The notes below the pieces were generated by a model, which had not been told where the DNA came from, made no database searches, and saw nothing but the letters and a program-made list of their open reading frames with translations. Positions 1 through 7,474 of a stretch of 64,000 bases of DNA are shown here, one piece after another. Every line of letters begins with the position of its first letter. The first letter of the stretch is position 1. The DNA comes from Ostreococcus lucimarinus (Eukaryota): assembly GCA_000092065.1 (NCBI GenBank), contig CP000581.1; one strand, 5' to 3'. Both the position numbers and the translations under genes were made by a program.

Positions 1-480
1 CGTCGCCTGACTGAAATACGACGCAAACTCATCCTCTGCGTCCTGTTCGACCACGTCCACGTCGTTTAAATCATCAATATGCGTCGCATCGCGCACTCTT
101 TGATTCTCTATCGTCTTCGGGATCTGTCTCGGCGCCGGTTCTTCGCCCGCCTCGAGCGCGGCGGCTTCGGCTTTCTGTCGCGTCTCCCTGCGTTGCTTCT
201 TCGCCACCGCGCGTTCGTGTCGAAGTTTGCCGTACACCTCGCTTCTTCGCTGTTTATTCTTTATTCCAGACGTCAGCGATCCGACCGTCTCCGCGCCGTC
301 ATCGTCCCTGCGCGTCGCGTCGCGTCGTCGTCGTCGTCAGTCGTCGCGTCGTGGCGGCGGCGGCGCATTCAACGCGCGCGCATCGCGCGTCGAGGACAGT
401 GCGCGGGCGCGCGCGAACGCACCCGGTGAAACGTTTAGTCTTCTTCTTCACCGCGGCGACGCGACCCATGGCGAGGCGCG

Positions 481-532
481 CGAGCGAGACGCGGCGCAGT
501 GAAGCGCGAGCGAGACGCGGCGCAGTGAAGCG
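481..532. repeat. 26-bp direct tandem duplication (cgagcgagacgcggcgcagtgaagcg x2) in the 3' flank of the MATE gene
   Basis: Read directly from the sequence: two identical adjacent 26-mers at 481-506 and 507-532. Confidence 0.8.
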
Positions 533-614
533 CGAGCGCGTCGAGGCGTGGTTTCTCGAGGTTGCAATCAGTCGCAAAGGCGGCGGCGTCGCGCTAAAGG
601 CTAGTAAACTAAGA

Positions 615-2150
615 CTAAATGAGCGCATCGACGCCGTTTCCAAGCTCGTCGTCCGCGGCGACGTCGACGAGGAGGCGAGAGGCGAGATCGTCGTCGTCGT
701 CGAACGCCGAAGCGCCTCGAATGTGCTTCGAGCGCGCGATTTCCGTCGGCCAATCGATGCAGAGCGCGACGCGAGTCATGATGCCAGCGTGCGTGGCGGT
801 ACCGACGACACCTCCGATGGCCAAACCCATGGCACCGTAGCCCTTGTACGCGAGCCAAGCGCTCAGGGGCAAGCCGACGACGTAATACGCGAAGAGCACG
901 ATGGGAGTGGCAAACGCTTGACGTCCGGCGCCTCGCAGAACGCTCGTGCTGACGCAACACACGGCGTCGAAAAAGACGTAGAAAGCGAGTGGAACCATCA
1001 GTTTCGATACGAGCGCGCGAACGTCATGGTCAGACGTGAACGCGGCGCCCCATCGCTCGCGCGAGAGATACACCGTCGCGGAAACCGCGACTTCGACGAC
1101 GACGATCAAGCGCAACGCCACGGATGCGGCGAGCTTTGCGCGCGACGCATCTTTCGCGCCAACCTCGTTCGAAACTCGCGTCGCCGTCGCGGCGCCGAAA
1201 CCAACGGCCACCATGAACGCGAACGCGTTCGTCGCCTGGTAAATCGACATCGCCGAAATCGCGACGCTCGGATTTCGCAATTTCCCCGCCGCGAGCACGA
1301 TGAACTCGCTCGCCCACCACTCGCTCATTAACAAAACTCCGGGCACGCCCAGCTTCAGAAACAACACCAACCCCTCGCGGTCGAACATCGTCCTAAAGCA
1401 CACCCTCGACGCGCACGCGTCTCTGCGCTCCGCCAAAGCCTCGTCGCGTTCGCGAAACCATCCGTTCCGATTTCTTCTCAACCGCGCGTACGTCGCGTTC
1501 GCCGCGAACACCAAACTCGTGCTCACGCTCGTCGCGTACGCCGGCCCGACCGCACCGAACCCCATCCTTCGAAAGCACAGGCACGCCGGCGCGTGTAACG
1601 CCGTCGCCGCGACGCCCGCGCACGCGATGGGCCGCGTCGACCCCTGCGCCTGCAACCACGCCTGCGCGCACGCGTTCGCCGCGTACGCGAACAACCCCGG
1701 GCGCAATCCGCGCAAGTACGCCGCGCAGCTCCTCGCGATCGCCGCGTCGAAATGCCACGCCGACAGCCCCCCCTCGACGAACCGCCAGCCGATCGCCGTC
1801 GCCGTCGCCGTCGCCGCGCAGCACGCGAGCGCGCGCTGCGCCCACGCCCACGCCTCGCCGCCGCGCCCCTGACCGTACGCCTGCCCCCCCAGCGTCACCA
1901 GCGCGCTCACCAGCCCCACGACGACGGCGTTTCCCGTGACGTTCGCGATCGTGCTCGCGAGCGCCGCCCCCGCGAGCTCCGCCGTCGTCGCCGCGTCCGC
2001 GCCGACGAAGCCGAGCGAGATCAAGTCCCGCGCGCGGTTGCACAGCGACGCCAGCGTCACGGGCACCGCCAGCGCGACGTGCGCGCGCGCCTCCGCCGCG
2101 GCGCCGTCGACGTCGACGCCCATCGTCACCGCGCGCGCGCGTGTGCGCAA
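615..2150 (-). CDS. MATE (multidrug and toxic compound extrusion) family efflux transporter, DTX-like
   Basis: 511-aa ORF with about 12 hydrophobic segments. Contains the MATE signature motifs LGGQAYGQG (cf. LGAQAYGAG), MSEWWASEF and RVSNEVGA (cf. SVRVSNELGAG). Confidence 0.8.
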   Translation of the reverse strand: MRTRARAVTMGVDVDGAAAEARAHVALAVPVTLASLCNRARDLISLGFVGADAATTAELAGAALASTIANVTGNAVVVGLVSALVTLGGQAYGQGRGGEAWAWAQRALACCAATATATAIGWRFVEGGLSAWHFDAAIARSCAAYLRGLRPGLFAYAANACAQAWLQAQGSTRPIACAGVAATALHAPACLCFRRMGFGAVGPAYATSVSTSLVFAANATYARLRRNRNGWFRERDEALAERRDACASRVCFRTMFDREGLVLFLKLGVPGVLLMSEWWASEFIVLAAGKLRNPSVAISAMSIYQATNAFAFMVAVGFGAATATRVSNEVGAKDASRAKLAASVALRLIVVVEVAVSATVYLSRERWGAAFTSDHDVRALVSKLMVPLAFYVFFDAVCCVSTSVLRGAGRQAFATPIVLFAYYVVGLPLSAWLAYKGYGAMGLAIGGVVGTATHAGIMTRVALCIDWPTEIARSKHIRGASAFDDDDDLASRLLVDVAADDELGNGVDALI

Positions 2151-2336
2151 ACAGTGACGCGATGTTTACGGACGGCGACTCGCAAACACCCGGGTGTGAG
2201 GGGGGGGGACGAAACGAGACGTCGAACGCATCGACGACGCGCAATCGTCGACGCGCGCGACCGAACGAACGCGCGAACGCGCGAACGCGCGCGCGCGAAG
2301 ACGGACGGACGCGAACGCGGGGCGTCGACGCGCGCG

Positions 2337-4124
2337 ATGCATCTCAGGGCGCTCGCGATCGACGCGCTCGGACTCGTCGCGCCGCGATCGGTGGCGATTC
2401 AGGATTGGCGATTGCTGATTTCGTTGCAGGCGCTGCGGGGACTGGTGGCGTTTTACGTGCTGTACTCGCTGATCAACGGGAAGACGTACCTGCAGCAAGA
2501 GGTGCCGCACGGAACGATATCGAACATCGGGACGTCGACGGAGTATTTCGATGGACTCGTGGATAAGCACGCGTTTCACGCGCCGGGCGACGGCGCGACG
2601 ACGACGGTGACGGCGTCGAACGGGGTCTCGCGAACGTTTGATTTGATGCCGTGCAGCGATGCGACGGCGATCGACGCGGCGTACAAGTTTAATCGGTCGT
2701 TTGGGTTCGAGTTCGATCACTTGATGTGCGCGTTTCTCGACTCGGACGAACTCGTGAGGGAGTTCCCGAGCGGCGGGATTTTCGTCACGACGCACGTGTA
2801 CTACAAACTCGTCTACCGAAATTACCTCTCCGGCGGTTCGGCCGCGACGTGCGCGGCGGATACCTCGGGTCTCACGGTCGGGAGTAACCCGATCTTCACG
2901 AACGAAGGCGTACCTCTTACGGTCCCTTTGCGGAAAAAGCTCGGCGACGTCTGTTACTACTCCAAGGAGTTTTCGTACCTACCGGTCGCGCCCGAGGCCA
3001 TAGAAATCAGGATTGATCACACGTACGACACCGCTTCGGGCGTAAAAGCCGGCACGAATCCTCCGGTTTACGTTCGACGCGCTGGAAGCGACGTGGACAT
3101 CAAGACATTCGCCGCCGGCGAGTCTGTCCGTCTCACCGTGGAAGAGATTCTCGAAGCCGTCGGCGTCGATTTGGACAAGCGTTACGCCGAAATCGATTCC
3201 GTGAATGAGTTGTTCGGCCAAGGAGTCGATGCTGCGAACACTCCAAAAATCAGGACGGGCGGTATGCGCGTCATCGCCAAGATGCTCTACTACAACTACA
3301 ACCTCGACGGCAAAAGAAGCGCGACGGGCTCTCACGAACCGTACGCCGTGCTCGAGTTGACTCCTCGCCTGGCGTGGACAACTTTGGGCCAAGACGTCAC
3401 TCATCGCGTTCCCAGCGAAGGTGAGCTCGCAGAACCCGTGAGTTTCGGCAGCGGGAACTCGGGACGACCGAAAGATAATTACTATTCCGACTGGGAACGT
3501 TACGGTATTTACGTGGAAGTTTCCTCCGCCGGCATCATCGCCACCTTCAACTTGGTGTACTTTGTGAATGTGCTCGTTTCGGGTCTCGTGCTCTTCGGCG
3601 TGTCCCAGATCCTGTGCATCCTCATGGCGACAACGTGCTTTGGCGCGAGATCGAAGATGTATTCTCGCATGCTGTACGAGCGCACGCACTTTGAACGCAA
3701 CATCGCAGCCTACGGCGTTCAAGCAATCATCGCCGCTCAAATATTCAAGAACAGCGGCAAAACCGACGCGCTCACGGTCGATGATCTCACCGACCTACTC
3801 GAGTCGGCGTTCTCCCAATCGAAGGATGCGGAGAAGGGTGCAAACGTCGTCGTCGATGCGAAGCGTGCGTTTTCGCGCGACGAGTTGAAGCAAATGGCGT
3901 ACTACATCATTCGCTCCGGCAACTTTGAAGCGGTCGAGAAATACACAGAAAAACGCCTTCACCTCGGCGTCGACGAAGTCCACGACAAGACGATCAACAT
4001 GAACGAGTTCATCGATCTCGCCACCAGCGGCGCGATCGACGTCCCGCTCGTCAAGTCTATAATCCACTCCAACGGAGTTGGCCAAATCGAGGACTCGACG
4101 CCGTCGCCAGCCGCGGCGGCGTGA
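2337..4124 (+). CDS. hypothetical membrane protein with two TM helices flanking a ~430-aa hydrophilic domain
   Basis: The ORF is continuous from 1752, but the first ~195 codons are Arg-rich antisense of the MATE gene. I take ATG 2337 (MHLRALAID...) as the start. One TM follows (LISLQALRGLVAFYVLYSL), then a large Tyr/Asp-rich domain, a second TM (IIATFNLVYFVNVLVSGLVLFGVSQILCILMA) and an acidic tail. No family recognised. Confidence 0.45.
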   Translation: MHLRALAIDALGLVAPRSVAIQDWRLLISLQALRGLVAFYVLYSLINGKTYLQQEVPHGTISNIGTSTEYFDGLVDKHAFHAPGDGATTTVTASNGVSRTFDLMPCSDATAIDAAYKFNRSFGFEFDHLMCAFLDSDELVREFPSGGIFVTTHVYYKLVYRNYLSGGSAATCAADTSGLTVGSNPIFTNEGVPLTVPLRKKLGDVCYYSKEFSYLPVAPEAIEIRIDHTYDTASGVKAGTNPPVYVRRAGSDVDIKTFAAGESVRLTVEEILEAVGVDLDKRYAEIDSVNELFGQGVDAANTPKIRTGGMRVIAKMLYYNYNLDGKRSATGSHEPYAVLELTPRLAWTTLGQDVTHRVPSEGELAEPVSFGSGNSGRPKDNYYSDWERYGIYVEVSSAGIIATFNLVYFVNVLVSGLVLFGVSQILCILMATTCFGARSKMYSRMLYERTHFERNIAAYGVQAIIAAQIFKNSGKTDALTVDDLTDLLESAFSQSKDAEKGANVVVDAKRAFSRDELKQMAYYIIRSGNFEAVEKYTEKRLHLGVDEVHDKTINMNEFIDLATSGAIDVPLVKSIIHSNGVGQIEDSTPSPAAAA

Positions 4125-4183
4125 CCGCCCTCGGCGGCTTGAGAGACAAGGCATCGTCTCTCGTGTACATCATCAGCAGTCGC

Positions 4184-4238
4184 GCAAGACTCAAGCAAGA
4201 CTCAAGCAAGACTCAAGCACGACTCAAGCAAGACTCAA
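4184..4238. repeat. 11-bp microsatellite (gcaagactcaa)x5 in the intergenic/UTR region
   Basis: Five tandem 11-mers (one with an A>C change) between the stop at 4124 and the AKR gene. Confidence 0.85.
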
Positions 4239-4337
4239 GTATGCGACGCAACGCTCGCGCAGCGAACACTTGTTCAATAAGCATTTAATTTACTGTATAC
4301 GCAGCACACGTAACGACGGCGCCGCGCCACGCGCCAC

Positions 4338-5468
4338 ATGTTCGCGCGCGCGCGCGCGGCACCGCGCGGCGACGTCGTCGTCGTCGTCGATCGCGCGGTG
4401 CGAACGACGCGACGACCGGCGTCGATTCGCGCGGCGAGCGGCGACGCGAACGCGATGGCCCCGTCGACGATTTTAGTCAACGACGCGAATGGACTGAGAA
4501 TCCCGCGCGTCGGGCTGGGAACGTGGAAAGCGCGCCCGAACGAGGTGCGCGATGCGGTGCGCGATGCGCTCGGGGCGGGGTACGCGCACGTCGATTGCGC
4601 GGCGGCGTACGCGAACGAGAGCGAAGTCGGCGAGGCGCTGCGAGAGGCGTTCGAGCGCGGCGACGCGAAGAGAGAAGACGTCTTCGTGACGAGCAAACTG
4701 TGGAACGATCGACGACGGCCGAGGGACGTTCGAGAGGCGTTGATGACGACGCTGAACGATTTAGGGGTGGGATATTTGGATTTGTACCTGATTCATTGGC
4801 CGGTGGCGTGGAAACGAGGCACCGTGCTGCAGCCAGACGCGGAGGCGTCCATCGCGGAGTGCTGGAGCGAGCTCGAACGGTGCGTCGCAGACGGGTTGGT
4901 ACGACACATTGGAGTGAGTAATTTTAACGAAGCGCAGCTCGCCGCGTTGTGTGATGATCCCAGGACGAAGATCCAGCCGGCGTGTAACCAAATCGAGTCG
5001 CATCCACTGTGGAGCAACGACTCGTTGGTCAAGTATTCGCAGTCGAAAGGGTTGACTGTGACGGCGTATTCGCCCTTGGCGCAGGGAGGGGAGTTGTTTG
5101 AGAACGAAATTCTCGTTGGATTGGCGAAAAAGTACGGTGTGACCCCGGCGCAGGTGGTGCTGAGGTGGAACGTGCAGCGCGACGTCGTCGTCATTCCCAA
5201 GTCGACTTCGGCGAAGCGCATCGCGAGCAACGCTGATTTGTTCGGCTTCGAACTGAGCGACGAAGACATGGATGCGATGAAGGTATTAGACGTCATGAAG
5301 AGCTGCGCGACGGCGCCATGGAGCGAATTCGCACCCGTTGCGTCTAGAAATAGATTTCTTCGCCCGCTCGGTCGCGCGATCTCATGGTTGCCTTTCAAGT
5401 TTATCGCAATGGACGTGCAACGCATGGGTCGAAGCGGATTCATTTCGTTGAGGGCGCCTTGGAAGTAA
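4338..5468 (+). CDS. aldo-keto reductase (AKR) family NADPH-dependent oxidoreductase
   Basis: AKR hallmarks: GLGTWKA, the catalytic region DxAxxY (HVDCAAAYANE), VFVTSKLWN, LDLYLIHWP and IGVSNFN. The catalytic domain starts near ATG 4455; the ~40 codons from 4338 could be a targeting presequence or non-coding. Confidence 0.85.
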   Translation: MFARARAAPRGDVVVVVDRAVRTTRRPASIRAASGDANAMAPSTILVNDANGLRIPRVGLGTWKARPNEVRDAVRDALGAGYAHVDCAAAYANESEVGEALREAFERGDAKREDVFVTSKLWNDRRRPRDVREALMTTLNDLGVGYLDLYLIHWPVAWKRGTVLQPDAEASIAECWSELERCVADGLVRHIGVSNFNEAQLAALCDDPRTKIQPACNQIESHPLWSNDSLVKYSQSKGLTVTAYSPLAQGGELFENEILVGLAKKYGVTPAQVVLRWNVQRDVVVIPKSTSAKRIASNADLFGFELSDEDMDAMKVLDVMKSCATAPWSEFAPVASRNRFLRPLGRAISWLPFKFIAMDVQRMGRSGFISLRAPWK

Positions 5469-5579
5469 ACAAGGCCGTGTCTTTAGATGGCGATAGTCGT
5501 TGGCTAGATAAATTTTGTGATTGATACAAAAATGTTCTACTTCCTCCGCCGCCGCCGACGACGACGACGCTCGGTCACT

Positions 5580-6281
5580 TCAAGGCGTCTTGTGCACGAC
5601 GTTTCCAGTAAACGGACACACAAACCCTTGTCCCGGTCGGAGGCTCGTCGGCAACGACGCCGCGGGATTGTTCAACTGCGCGCGCTCCCACGCCTCCACC
5701 CATGATCTATCGTCACCGCCGGATCCTTCGCGACTCGGCGGTCGAGGCGGGAGAAACGCTCTAGGCGTCTGCGCCGCCTCCTCTTCCTCTTCCAGCGCAC
5801 ACCGCGGCGGTGGCGTCATTTCCGACGTCGACAGCGGCGATAACTCGTACGACAACGGCGACAGTCCGTCGCCATCGTCCGGTGAGTCCGGCGCGAGTAT
5901 CTCCCGCCTCGGCGATTTCATCCGCGTCTGCGACCCCGAAATCGTCGCCGCCGTCGACGCCCTCTCCGTCTCCAACGCTCGCACCCGCGCTCGCAGCGTC
6001 TCCATCTCCTCCTCCATCGTCCGCCGCGCCCGTTCGTGCCGCGCCGTCACTTCTCGCAGCAGCGTCTTATATCCCGCGCGCAGCGCCTCGACCGACTTCG
6101 CGTCGTCCAGCGCCGCGTCGACGCCTCGTCCTCGCTCGAACCGCGCCGCCGTCGTCGCCGTCGCGCCGACCGTCGGCACCGCCTTCGCGCGCCACGCGAC
6201 GACGCCTCGCGCGTCGCTCGCCTCGCGCGTCCCGTCGTCGTCGTCGTCGTCGCGCGAATTCGCGTCGTCGCGAAACGTCAT
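5580..6281 (-). CDS. hypothetical small coiled-coil protein
   Basis: Only the C-terminal 233 codons of the 539-aa minus ORF. The upstream part is antisense to the GDSL gene. MTFRDD... has protein-like composition with a coiled-coil stretch (LLREVTARHERARRTMEEEMETLRARVRALETE), and the 1-kb gap would otherwise be unusually long for this locus. Weak. Confidence 0.3.
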   Translation of the reverse strand: MTFRDDANSRDDDDDDGTREASDARGVVAWRAKAVPTVGATATTAARFERGRGVDAALDDAKSVEALRAGYKTLLREVTARHERARRTMEEEMETLRARVRALETERASTAATISGSQTRMKSPRREILAPDSPDDGDGLSPLSYELSPLSTSEMTPPPRCALEEEEEAAQTPRAFLPPRPPSREGSGGDDRSWVEAWERAQLNNPAASLPTSLRPGQGFVCPFTGNVVHKTP

Positions 6282-6467
6282 CGCCGCGCCGCGCGCGCGC
6301 GTCGCCGCCGCCGCCGCCGCGCCGCCCTCGCGCGCGCCGCCGCGCGTCATCGCGCTCAGCGCCTCGGCGCGCGCGCGCCAGAACGCGCTCGTCGCGCCGT
6401 CGCGCGTCATGCTCTCGCGACAGCTCGCGCGCGATTCGAACGCCCGTCGTCGCCCGCGCCGCACACG

Positions 6468-7373
6468 ATGACGCCCGCGCGACGGCGGCGCGTCGTCGTG
6501 TTCGGAGACTCGCTCACGCAGCGTTCGTTCGAGCCGCACGGGTTCGGCGCGGCGCTGGTGCGCGACGGCGACGCGAAGACGATGGATTCGAACGCGCGAT
6601 GTCGCGACGACGACGCGCGCGACGACTGACGCGCGCGACGACGACGGCAGGCGAATCGGTACGCGCGCACGTGCGATGTGTTCAATCGCGGGTACGGGGG
6701 GTACAACTCGCGATGGTGCGCGCGCGAGGACGTCCTGGACGGGGCGTTCGCGGCGGACGCGCGGCGCGAGGGGCGGACGTTTCTGGCGACGGTGATGCTG
6801 GGGACGAACGACGCGACGCGAATGCGCGACGCGACGGCGGAGCGAACGAACAGGGTGAGGGTGGAGTTGGAGGAGTACGCGAAAAACATGCGAACGATCA
6901 TCGCGCGGGCGGTGGAGACGTCGGAGATCGTGGTGGCGATGACGCCGCCGGCGGTGGACGAACGACGACGCGTCGAGGCGCAACGCGAAAGATGGGGGGA
7001 GGACTGGGTCGGAGGACCGTTCGAGGATCATCGACCGGACGTCGAGGCGTACGGGAAGGCGCTCGTGGACGTGGTGCGCGAATTTCAGGAACGTCGACAT
7101 CGCGTCTACGCGTTGGATTTGTACGCGGAGACGCGCGCGGCGATGGAGCGCGGCGCGGTTTTGTTTGAAGACGGCGTGCACTTCGGCGAGGACGGACAAC
7201 GATTCGTGACGGAGAAGTTATTTCAAGTTTTAGATAGTTTGGATGCGGATCCTTCGGTGCCAGACTTTCCGTACGGGCACGAGATTCGAAACCCAGAGCG
7301 TGCGGCGATGAGCGCGGAAGAAGTGTTTGACGATCACGAAGCGAGACGTCCGAAAGAAGCGCTGGAACCTTGA
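6468..7373 (+). CDS. GDSL/SGNH-hydrolase esterase, IAH1 (isoamyl acetate-hydrolysing esterase)-like; two exons (6468-6557, 6651-7373)
   Basis: VVFGDSLTQ (GDS block), GFGAAL, NRGYGGYNSRW, VMLGTNDA and DGVHFGEDGQ (DxxH block). After removing 6558-6650 the junction reads GAAL|ANRYARTCDVFNRGYGGYNSRW, which aligns gaplessly with yeast IAH1 GAALVNEYTRKMDILQRGFKGYTSRW. Confidence 0.75.
6558..6650 (+). other. spliceosomal intron, 93 bp, GTGCGC...GGCAG, phase 0, contains an in-frame TGA
   Basis: Inferred from the IAH1-family alignment across the junction. GT/AG boundaries are present. The unspliced reading would stop at the TGA at 6627-6629. Confidence 0.7.
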
Positions 7374-7474
7374 ATTGCAAGAGAATGTAATGTATATACT
7401 ATAGTACAGTGTACTGTGCGCGATGCGAGAAACAAAATCACAAAATCGCGTTTGTCGGTTTATGGTGTGCGACT

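Noticed and set aside
1752-2336. N-terminal 195 codons of the 790-aa ORF, and likewise 31145-31669 before the lectin and 40509 ORF codons 1-283
   Set aside because: Poly-Arg reading of the opposite strand of the neighbouring gene. A plausible ATG with protein-like sequence lies downstream.
2337-4124. P2X-receptor-like ion channel (2 TM plus large ectodomain)
   Set aside because: The topology is similar, but the ectodomain has only ~5 Cys instead of the 10 conserved in P2X. The K-x-K-G and NFR motifs are absent.
6588-6629. In-frame TGA in the GDSL esterase as a pseudogene lesion or selenocysteine
   Set aside because: Excising a GT-AG segment of 93 bp restores a gapless alignment to IAH1. The apparent KTMD match inside the segment is coincidental, so it is an intron.
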